Shown here piece by piece: positions 1-11,214 of a stretch of 17,547 nt of DNA. The notes beneath the pieces were generated by a model. The model had not been told where the DNA came from and made no database searches. It saw nothing but the letters and a program-made list of their open reading frames with translations. Position numbers and translations under genes: made by a program. Each line of letters starts with the position of its first letter. Positions within the stretch are counted from its first letter, which is position 1. The DNA is from Tubiluchus corallicola (lineage: Eukaryota; Animalia; Priapulida), in assembly GCA_030141605.1 (NCBI GenBank), contig JAQGDQ010002025.1, positions 1-17,547 on the forward strand. Reading direction: 5' to 3'.

Positions 1-1444
1 CATTGATACATCTTTAGAGCTGATGTCAACATAGCACAATCTATTATCTTTCTTCCTACCATTTCCACTAACACATCCTTCTACCCTTCCTGTGTGATCT
101 AACCTTTCTCCCAGTTCTTTTTTTGTTCACTCATCCATTCTTTTTTTATCGGGTTCACATGACAGTGGGCTTATACAAGCCTTTGCTTCTCTAGCCCACT
201 GCATTACAATTATTCTTTTATGATAACGATAGTGTATGAAACATAACAATTTAATACAGTATGACGTAATAATTTTGATGTCACTGTGTGCTTAATGTCA
301 TTATATTGTACTGAATGTGATAATAATAACAAACTAAAAAACAGCATGTGTATAATACAAAATTTCGAGACGATTTTTTTTAGCTTTATGTAAGTAAAGA
401 GTTTTCTTGTGCACTGAGAAAAAGGATTTATTAAAACATAGCTTGTTTTTTAAACGTTCGTGCTAATACGTCGCCTGTGATCCTAATTTTCAAGCAATCT
501 GCGTCTACATTTACTGAGGTAACAAATAGATTATGTTGCTGGTAGGGTGACTAATTGAAAACAGCTATACCTCCAGGCAAAAGAGATTCTTTTCCCAGAA
601 AAGGAAACCAATTTTCTTTGATGATATTCTTGTAACTGCTTTAACGCCTGGATCCAAGACAAAAAGATTAAGGCAACCCCAGAGGCTTGTGTTGCCTAGA
701 CATGACGTTTACGGGTTACAAAAAATTCACGAGTCAAGGTAAACGTCACTGTGACGTCGATGGTCACGTGACGCCAATGCAGCTCATACTAAGGAAATGA
801 TTATGGCCGCGATGTAATCGATTCGCCACTGATTATGCCCATAAAAATTGAAATGGATCATATAAGCAGACATTTGCCTATAATTACAGTCTCACACGTG
901 TAATAAGAAGGATAATTTCCAAGCCACAGCTTCCTTTAATTTTCTTCACGAAACCACGTCTAATCTAGATGGCAGCACCATGAACGACCTTTGTTCTACT
1001 GCGGCTTAGAATCAATTGGTCGAAATCGAAAATGCCCGTTGTGCCTTTATGGAATTTTTGGTTATTGTCCGTAATTTTTTTTTGCATTTTTTTACCTTGG
1101 GTTGTATTACTATAGCGACGCGACGTGGCTGGATCCACCATGCTTGGGGAAACGTGAATGAATCCGCCATGCTTGGGAAGACGAGCACCTGCCGTGGACT
1201 TCATTTATTTCCCTTCTCATGGTTTTCTTGTGTACTGAAGCGGTAAAGTGATAAGGTGCAAATATATTAGCAGCTGAGAAGCATTTCATTTATTTAAAAT
1301 GTGTCTGAATTTACTTTAAATATTGCGCATCGCTGTGTGCCCTTTGTTATTACAGTCTTTTCTCTATCACGTTACATAATATTCAGACTTCATTTGCAAA
1401 GGACTCAATGCAATGCTGGCTTTGCTAAGACACGGTTTCCCATC

Positions 1445-1486
1445 GTTAAGCATCATTAGCTCTGGTTAGTATTTGGGTGAGTGGCC
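1445..1486 (+). pseudogene. Highly degenerate 5S rRNA-derived fragment (internal control region), possibly an old SINE relic
   Basis: GTTAAGCATCATTAGCTCTGGTTAGTATTTGGGTGAGTGGCC aligns by eye to the 5S copy in this window (GTTAAGCAACGTAGAGCCTGGTTAGTGCTTGGATGGGTGACC, 16854-16895). Confidence 0.55.
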
Positions 1487-1730
1487 ATATGCTGTGCCAA
1501 ACAAAAGTTGGCAATGCAAGAAAAGAATAAACAGAATTTTTTACTAAACCTACCCGCTGGAGGCCGGAAACGGAAATGGAAAGAAAAGTATCACCTTTGC
1601 TATTTTCCTCTGTATTGATTTTTATTCAATGTCAGCCATTTTTTCTTACATTTCTTTATTTTTATAGGGCTTCCTTCAATTTTCCCCCTTCCCAAAGCTT
1701 TTGTGTTGCTATGGTAAAATGCCATGTTTT

Positions 1731-2123
1731 ACCGTAGCAACAGTTTCTTGCTTTGCATAGCAACCATCACACGTTTTCCATAGCAACTGTTACATGCTTG
1801 ACCATAGCAACAGTTTCATGCTTTACATAGCAACCATCACACATTTGCCATAGCAACCACCACACGTTTTACCATAGCAACAGTTTCTTGCTTTACATAG
1901 CAACCATCACACCTCTTCCATAGCAACTGTTACATGCTTGACCGTAGCAACAGTTTCATGCTTTACATAGAAACCATCACACATTTGCCATAGCAACTGC
2001 CACACGTTTTATAATAGCAACAGTTTCTTGTTTTACATAGCAACCATCACACGTCTTCCATAGCAACTGTTACATGCTTGACCATAGCAACCGCCACATG
2101 TTTTACCGTAGCAACTATCACAC
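1731..2123 (+). repeat. Minisatellite: 23/24-bp monomers (core TAGCAAC) in 70-bp trimers alternating A/B (140-bp higher-order repeat)
   Basis: Core starts at 1735, 1758, 1781, 1805, 1828, 1851, 1875 ... 2085, 2109 (spacing 23,23,24). The 70-bp units at 1731/1871/2011 end TGTTACATGCTTG; those at 1801/1941 end CCACACGTTTT. Confidence 0.93.
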
Positions 2124-2141
2124 AAGTGCAATCCAAGGCTA

Positions 2142-2375
2142 TGACATCTTCTAAGATTACCAAATGAAGTACCAGTAAGAATTGCTTTAAAGGAAGCGTT
2201 AAACCTCCCAAAAAATCACCTGGCAAACCCTAGAACAACTTGGATAGCTAAGATGAATAAAGATGTTCAATTGCTTCAACCAAATATGTCTTTAGGAGTA
2301 GAAGAAGTGTTTGGAATACTCTGATAAATATTGATGCCTCAATACCTGTAATAGGTGGAATGAGGCTTTGAAGAA
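2142..2375 (+). pseudogene. Degenerate fragment of an RTE-clade non-LTR retrotransposon ORF (region C-terminal to RT)
   Basis: From 2145 reads HLLRLPNEVPVRIALKEAL, then with frameshifts KPPKKSPGKP and RTTWIAKMNKDV. This resembles the RTE C-terminal motif GHxxRxP...A...KRPRGRPKTTW...KDL. Stops and frameshifts are present; recognised from memory. Confidence 0.65.
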
Positions 2376-2473
2376 CTGTCACACATTTTGCCCTAGCAAC
2401 CGCACCTATTCGTCATAGCAACTGTAACACGTCTCGGCACAAGAGCTGTCACGTGTTCAGTCATTAATGTGAC

Positions 2474-2963
2474 TTTTGTTGCGTTGTTGGCATCCTTCTG
2501 TCTCGGAAGACAATGGAATGTGCGCCAAGAGAGTCCGATGCTTGAACGTCTCCAGGGCGCACGCCCGGGCAAGGTGTATGGACGTCCTGAGTTCCCCATT
2601 ATACAGGAACCCTCTCTCTTCCTCCCTGGTGTAGTCCAAAGGAAAGCGGAGCGATACGTTTGGCACCAGGCTGGCTGCAGGAGCTGCTGAGTCAGTGAGC
2701 ATGCTGCACTGGTCCGCCTTCGGGGCTCCACTCCTGATTTGGAAGGTTTACTCCTCTACACATGGCCGTTGGGTCACTTGACCTCCTCCGCCCTCTAGCC
2801 GTTGGCTGCTTGTACAGCTCCTTCGCCTAGTGTCGATACAGTGTGGGCATCCCGCAAACCTACAGCACTTGGTATTCCTAGGCGGTCACCCATCCAAGCA
2901 CTAACCAGGCTCTACGTTGCTTAACTTCGGTGATCAGACGAGAACCGGTGTTTTCAACGTGAT
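2474..2963 (-). mobile_element. Putative 5S-headed SINE (SINE3-like) with RTE-like body and CAA-rich tail, left-arm copy
   Basis: Reverse complement of 16816-17305; one difference seen, at 2845. Confidence 0.65.
2856..2963 (-). pseudogene. 5'-truncated 5S rRNA copy (head of the SINE-like element)
   Basis: Minus strand ATCACGTTGAAAACACCGGTTCTCGTCTGATCACCGAAGTTAAGCAACG...GGTTAGTGCTTGGATGGGTGACCGCCTAGGAATACCAAGTGCTGTAGGTTT is metazoan 5S lacking about 12 nt at the 5' end, with several substitutions. Confidence 0.92.
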
Positions 2964-3756
2964 CAACCTGTCACAGCTTGGCAAACATAATCACAGCCAT
3001 AATGTCCTCTCGCCTTTCTTTATATTTCACTACTCATCAGTTTGTATTGGACCCACACTAATTACCAAACAAGTGTCCATTTGCTGAAAACAGCGGATGT
3101 TTTGAGAGACAAAGCTGTTTCTCTAATGATGTCTTGCGTTTGCTGATGAAGACAGCGATGAGGGCAGATCCATGCGCGGGGATGGTGATTATTTTTGTGC
3201 TGCTGATAGCACTAGGTAATTTTGCAACAAATGTGGGTGATGTTAATGCCTTTCCCATGTTTGTTTACTCTGCTGGTATACGCTGCTACATTGCAAAGTA
3301 TCTAATCTATTCTTTGTCTTGAGTCCCAGTGCTCGCGGAGCATTCAGTGCAAAAACTTCATTATATCTCTTATTTCTCTAGCCTATCGTTGCTATATTTG
3401 TCTCTACAACGTGTTCGATAAAAGCTAAAATGAACCATTGCACATTAATAATAGTTCCAGACGTCGTAATGCCAGACAAAGCAATTCACATTCGTTGGGT
3501 AGTAGGAATAAAAGGTATTTTTGTATCTTAGTTCCCTCACTGTGGATTCGACATCTAAATACTTCGGGGAAAATAAGTGATTCCTAACGATGTGCCTAAT
3601 GGCCTTAAAACATGCAGTTACATCATTAGATGCAAATGCATGACATTTAGTGCAGTGAAGTATGTAGCCATCTTAAGGTTTGAGACTGTTTATGTTATTC
3701 GAGCTCATGTTTGTTAAATCATTTATTTATTTAATTATTCATTTCTTTATGTATTT

Positions 3757-4163
3757 ATTCGTTCGTTCGTTCATGCATTCGTTCATTCATTCATTCGTTC
3801 ATTCATTCATTCGTCGATTCATTCATTCATTCATTCATTCATTCATTCATTCGTTCATTCGTTCATTCATTCGTTCATTCGTTCATTCATTCATTCGTTC
3901 ATTCATTCATTCGTTCATTCATTAATTCATTCATTCGTCTATTCATTCATTCGTTCGTTCGTTCATTCATTCATTCGTTCATTCGTTCATTCGTTCATTC
4001 GTTCATTCGTTCATTCGTTCATTCGTTCATTCGTTCATTCGTCCATTCGTCCATTCATTCATTCGTCTATTCATTCATTCATTCGTTCATTCATTCATTC
4101 ATTCATTCATTCGTTCATTCCATTTATTTGTTCATTTATTCGCTTATTCGTTCATTCAGTCAT

Positions 4164-4194
<31 letters not shown>
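3757..4194 (+). repeat. (TTCA/TTCG)n tetranucleotide microsatellite followed by (ATT)n
   Basis: Directly visible; preceded by degenerate (TTTA)n. Confidence 0.97.
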
Positions 4195-4195
<1 letters not shown>

Positions 4196-4199
4196 TTTA

Positions 4200-5071
<872 letters not shown>

Positions 5072-7056
5072 TGGTGTAACTGCTGTAGTTTCAAGGAACC
5101 CAACTTAAGGTCACCGACCCCGACCCTCTCTTTCTGTCGCCCTGCAGATATAATGAGCCCTATTATCTTCCAATTTTTGCATTTAGTTGACTCTAACCTT
5201 TAGGTCCATCAACATTCACAATATTTGGACAAAGTTTCAGAACACCCCGTATGAGTCGTACGTCACGTAACGTCAAAACCTATTAGCGCATAGAATAGGA
5301 AAGTGCACCTTTGTGTTTGACACACCATAGGTGGGAAATTTAATTCATCAATGCTCATCACCTTTGCTTTCTGTTTGCTCACCTTTATGCAGTCCACGTG
5401 ACCGGCTTCACGAGGCGATGACGTCACGGCGACATTAGTGGCTTCGCAACTTCTAAGCGACGTTGCACAAAAGGTGAAACCCTCGAGTTTGTATTCTATT
5501 GAGTTTAGAGTTTGTGCTAATTCGATCAGCCGAGACGAATTTTCTTAGCAGCAAACAAAACTGTGCCCAGCATATTTAATTTCCACAATGCAAACAGTTT
5601 ATGTTTGAGTGCTTGCTTTAGGAAACGGAGGCGGTAGATTGTGGGGGGGGGGGGTGCTCGACTCGGAGCAAGTGACAGTGGATTCAAATAGCTTTCTCAC
5701 GTTTCTCGTGAGACTTATGGCTTCCTAAAGACACACGTTTCTCAACAAAAGAAACCATTTTACTAATCCTGTCTAGCACTTTGTTGGGTGGAAGGGAAGA
5801 AACCTATTAGAAATACGTTCTTTGTTTTTTGCATTTAAGGGAAGACACGATGATACTGTCCCCATTTTCAAGTACGGTAAAAAGTGTAACAGTAATACTG
5901 CAAAGCGCTTCTGATAATTAAATAATAGTTTAACATCTTAGTTAACGGCGGGCGAGCCCAAATGATGATCACATCACAAACTAACATAATTTTCAACATC
6001 GAAAATACTCCCTGAGCGTGTTCCACGTGTTTGTGAAGGCAAAAATTGAACTACAGTGCTACTGCAAGAGATGTAGTGTGTCATGCTAAAGCAAGGCAAG
6101 TTTTAAGATAAAATTTCAAATTTACCGCTGTACTCACGCATGAACTGTCGAACTTGTGCAGTACGTCACAAACGAACACATCTGAAATGAGAGGCACAGC
6201 ACTTTCGAAACGCAGGGGCTAGTGCCCGTCTAACTAGCGAATGGCGAAATGCATGTAACAGTGAAGAACTAGTGGCGCGAACGTGAAATTGTCTTTGTGT
6301 GGTAATAATTCTCTCACGTAAGTCATAAGGTAAAACAGTATGTTCCCTTTCAATATTTTAAAGAACAGATTCTTTTGACCTGCAGTTTAATATTAGGGCC
6401 TCTTTTACTTTAAGGACCTGTGATGCTCGTCTATGATTGGCATGAATTACTTAAAGGGGAAAAGGGAATTTTAAAATACTTAGTAATTAGTAATTTTGTT
6501 TTGTTTTTTTCCATAAATTTACAATAAAATATACAAAAATGCAAACAAACATGGGAGAAAGGGTGGCGAAAAACCAAAGGTTATCGAGTCAACCAGCCTT
6601 CTCAGAAATATAGTAAACAAAAAACGCTAATGACAGCAGAACACAACTATTAAATACACATACACGTCCATAAATACAAAAAACAAAAATACAACAACAG
6701 CAAAAAACAAAAAACAAAAACCAGTCGTTCCTAAATATAGTCAAACACTAAACATAATTATATATGGTTCAAAACACAAAACACAAAAGAGAAAAGAGAA
6801 TATTTTAATGTTCAGAAAAACAACATTTGCAAGATAAAATTTCAAATAGCAAAAAGAAATAAAAAGGGTAAAAAAAGCAAGAAAAATTGCCCTGACAATT
6901 GCAATACATTAATCAAAAAATATTTGTATACGTCTCAAAAAATATTCGTACAAACTTATTACTAAGCATTAAGCTTGGCTGTTTGAAAGATTTATGTAAC
7001 TGTAAAAGGAAATTCTTTAAATTTAAAATATTCGCGCCACCTGGTAAAACAGCACT

Positions 7057-8561
7057 GCATCGCCATCCCAGTGTGCACCACTGGTTCAGTGGGAACAGTG
7101 ATGCATCGCCATCCCAGTGTGCACCACTGATTCAGTGGGAACAGTTATGCATCGCCATCCCAGTGTGCACCACTGATTCACTGAGAGCAGTGATGCATCG
7201 CCATCCCAGTGTGCACCACTGATTCACTGAGAACAGTTATGCATCGCCATCCCAGTGTGCACCACTGATTCACTGAGAACAGTGATGCATCGCCATCCCA
7301 GTGTGCACCACTGATTCACTGAGAACAGTGATGCATCGCCATCCCAGTGTGCACCACTGATTCACTGAGAGCAGTGATGCATCGTCATCCCAGTGTGCAC
7401 CACTGATTCACTGGGAACAGTTATGCATCGCCATCCCAGTGTGCACCACTGATTCACTGAGAACAGTTATGCATCGTCATCCCAGTGTGTACCACTGATT
7501 CACTGAGAACAGTTATGCATCGCCATCCCAGTGTGTACCACTGATTCACTGAGAACAGTGATGCATCGCCATCCCAGTGTGCACCACTGATTCACTGAGA
7601 ACAGTGATGCATCGCCATCCCAGTGTGCACCACTGATTCGCTGAGAACAGTGATGCATGGCCATCCCAGTGTGCACCACTGATTTGCTGAGAACAGTGAT
7701 GCATCGCCATCCCAGTGTGCACCACTGATTCACTGAGAACAGTGATGCATGGCCATCCCAGTGTGCACCACTGATTCACTGAGAACAGTGATGCATGGCC
7801 ATCCCAGTGTGCACCACTGATTTGCTGAGAACAGTGATGCATCGCCATCCCAGTGTGCACCACTGATTCACTGAGAACAGTTATGCATCGCCATCCCAGT
7901 GTGCACCACTGATTCACTGAGAACAGTGATGCATTGCCATCCCAGTGTGCACCACTGATTCACTGAGAACAGTTATGCATCGCCATCCCAGTGTGCACCA
8001 CTGATTCACTGAGAACAGTTATGCATCGCCATCCCAGTGTGCACCACTGATTCACTGAGAACAGTGATGCATCGCCATCCCAGTGTGCACCACTGATTCA
8101 CTGAGAACAGTTATGCATCGCCATCCCAGTGTGCACCACTGATTCACTGAGAACAGTTATGCATCGCCATCCCAGTGTGCACCACTCATTCACTGAGAAC
8201 AGTTATGCATTGCCATCCCAGTGTGCACCACTGATTTGCTGAGAACAGTGATGCATCGCCATCCCAGTGTGCACCACTGATTCACTGAGAGCAGTGATGC
8301 ATCGCCATCCCAGTGTGCACCACTGATTCACTGAGAACAGTTATGCATCGCCATCCCAGTGTGCACCACTGATTCACTGAGAACAGTTATGCATCGCCAT
8401 CCCAGTGTGCACCACTGATTCACTGAGAACAGTTATGCATCGCCATCCCAGTGTGCACCACTGATTCACTGAGAACAGTTATGCATCGCCATCCCAGTGT
8501 GCACCACTGATTCACTGAGAACAGTGATGCATCGCCATCCCAGTGTGCACCACTGATTCAC
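7057..8561 (+). repeat. 46-bp tandem satellite, about 32.7 copies
   Basis: Unit GCATCGCCATCCCAGTGTGCACCACTGATTCACTGAGAACAGT(G/T)AT, head-to-tail, few variants, no spacers. Confidence 0.98.
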
Positions 8562-9046
8562 CAAAAAACACATTACTGACTTTAGTGACAAGATAAATTA
8601 ATTTACACTTTTGCTTATCTAGCGAAGAGTGTGTTACGAATTCTTAGTCATTTTTTCGTACTTTTCATATTATCTAAACTTGATTCAAATGATTTAACGT
8701 TAAAATGGCTGCGCCTAACGGCGTTGATGTTGCCGTAAGCCCTGTACGCAATAAGACAGCCTGTAAATGATACAAAATTTCAAAACGAATTTTTTAAGCT
8801 TCGTTCATGAAGAGCATTTGTGCTTCAAGGGCGGATCGAGCGAAGGGGGACACAATCAGTTTTTCGTGGTACGTATAAAAATTCTATTTAAATTTACAGC
8901 ACTAAAAGCTGGGACTATAAGTATAGAATAAAAGCTAGCTTAGTATTAGTCCTGTGCTGTTTATTCTCGATAAAATGAACAGAAATATGACTAGATTATA
9001 AAACAAAGAAAATTTACTAAACTGCCTTTTAACTTTCACTAATTAG

Positions 9047-9665
9047 AATACAACTTGAGCAAAATAAAACTATAATGTGCACTACTACTGACAATACAAC
9101 TTAGGCAATACAAGACTATAATATCCACTACTATAATACAACTTAAGCAATACAAAAATATAGTATGCACTGCTACTGACAATACAACTTAAGCAAAATA
9201 AAACTATAATATACGCTAATTACAATAGAACTTAAGCGATATAAAACTAAAGTATGCACTACTAGTATAATACAACTTAAGCAATACAAAACTAAAGTAT
9301 GTACTACTACTATAATACAACTTAAGCAATACAAAACTAAAGTATGCACTACTAGTATAATACAACTTAAGCAATACAAAACTAAAGTATGCACTACTAC
9401 TGACAATACAACTTAAGCAATATAAAACTATAATATCCACTACTACACAGCTTAATCAATATAAAACTATAGTATGTACTACCACAACACAACTTGAGCA
9501 AAAACTATAATGTGCACTACTACTGACAATACAACTTAAGTAATATAAAACTATAGTATGTACTACCCCAACACAACTTAAGCAAAAACTACTACTGACA
9601 ATACAACTTAAGCAATGTAAAACTATACGCTACTACAATACAACTTAAGTAATATATAACTCTAA
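9047..9665 (+). repeat. AT-rich 45/46-bp satellite, heterogeneous, core TACAACTTAAG
   Basis: Units such as TACAACTTAAGCAATACAAAACTAAAGTATGCACTACTACTGACAA, becoming shorter and irregular after about 9440. Confidence 0.92.
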
Positions 9666-9689
9666 TATGCACTACTATCATACGACAAG

Positions 9690-10198
9690 TAATATAAAAC
9701 TACTACCATACAACTTAAGTAATATAAAAGTACTGCCACACAACTTAAGTAATATAAAACTACCTCCATACGACTTAAGTAATATAAAAGTACTACCATA
9801 CGACTTAATTAATATAAAAGTACTACCATACGACTTAATTAATATAAAACTACTACCATACAACTTAAGTAATATAAAATTACTACCATACAACTTAAGT
9901 AATATAAAACTACTACCATACAACTTAAGTAATATAAAACTACTACCATACAACTTAAGTAATATAAAACTACTACCATACAACTTAAGTAATATAAAAC
10001 TACTACCATACAACTTAAGTAATATAAAACTACTATCATACAACTTAAGTAATATGCACTACTATCATACAACTTAAGTAATATAAAACTACTATCATAC
10101 AACTTAAGTAATATAAAACTACTATCATACAACTTAAGTAATATAAAACTACTACCATACAACTTAAGTAATATAAAAGTACTATCATACAACTTAAG
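9690..10198 (+). repeat. 30-bp satellite, about 17 copies, confined to the palindrome spacer
   Basis: Unit TAATATAAAACTACTACCATACAACTTAAG with exact 30-bp period and one 29-bp variant at about 10050. Confidence 0.97.
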
Positions 10199-10729
10199 TT
10201 GTGTTGGGGTAGTACATACTATAGTTTTATATTACTTAAGTTGTATTGTCAGTAGTAGTGCACATTATAGTTTTTGCTCAAGTTGTGTTGTGGTAGTACA
10301 TACTATAGTTTTATATTGATTAAGCTGTGTAGTAGTGGATATTATAGTTTTATATTGCTTAAGTTGTATTGTCAGTAGTAGTGCATACTTTAGTTTTGTA
10401 TTGCTTAAGTTGTATTGTCAGTAGTAGTGCATACTTTAGTTTTGTATTGCTTAAGTTGTATTATAGTAGTAGTACATACTTTAGTTTTGTATTGCTTAAG
10501 TTGTATTATACTAGTAGTGCATACTTTAGTTTTATATCGCTTAAGTTCTATTGTAATTAGCGTATATTATAGTTTTATTTTGCTTAAGTTGTATTGTCAG
10601 TAGCAGTGCATACTATATTTTTGTATTGCTTAAGTTGTATTATAGTAGTGGATATTATAGTCTTGTATTGCCTAAGTTGTATTGTCAGTAGTAGTGCACA
10701 TTATAGTTTTATTTTGCTCAAGTTGTATT
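10193..10729 (-). repeat. 45/46-bp satellite, mirror copy
   Basis: Reverse complement of 9047-9582 with one altered unit. Confidence 0.92.
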
Positions 10730-11214
10730 CTAATTAGTGAAAGTTAAAAGGCAGTTTAGTAAATTTTCTTTGTTTTATAATCTAGTCATATTTCTGTTCA
10801 TTTTATCGAGAATAAACAGCACAGGACTAATACTAAGCTAGCTTTTATTCTATACTTTTAGTCCCAGCTTTTAGTGTTGTAAGTTTTAATAGAATTTTTA
10901 TACGTACCACGAAAAACTGATTGTGTCCCCCTTCGCTTGATCCGCCCTTGAAGCACAAATGCTCTTCATGAACGAAGCTTAAAAAATTCGTTTTGAAATT
11001 TTGTATCATTTACAGGCTGTCTTATTGCGTACAGGGCTTACGGCAACATCAACGCCGTTAGGCGCAGCCATTTTAACGTTAAATCATTTGAATCAAGTTT
11101 AGATAATATGAAAAGTACGAAAAAATGACTAAGAATTCGTAACACACTCTTCGCTAGATAAGCAAAAGTGTAAATTAATTTATCTTGTCACTAAAGTCAG
11201 TAATGTGTTTTTTG

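Noticed and set aside
965-1246. Two short antiparallel ORFs (79 and 76 aa)
   Set aside because: No recognisable motif; lengths are compatible with chance.
2393-2731. Overlapping 73-112 aa ORFs (and mirrors at 17048-17386)
   Set aside because: They lie in the GC-rich SINE body and show no recognisable domain.
2856-2963. Functional 5S rRNA gene (also 16816-16923)
   Set aside because: About 12 nt missing at the 5' end so helix I cannot form, several substitutions, no T4 terminator, not in a tandem array.
3041-3214. Possible exon (pyrimidine tract plus CAG acceptor, AG/GTAATT donor)
   Set aside because: All three frames contain stops and I recognise no homology; a non-coding exon cannot be excluded.
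5250-5430. CRE/E-box cluster (TGACGTCA, CACGTG), similar words at 744-775
   Set aside because: Short motifs with no linked gene or start site; insufficient to call a promoter.
7057-8561. CRISPR array
   Set aside because: Units are contiguous with no unique spacers, there are no cas genes, and the context is eukaryotic.
9173-10603. Repetitive ORFs, including the LRR-looking NLSNIKLLPY repeat
   Set aside because: Translations of AT-rich satellites, open on both strands, with no gene context.
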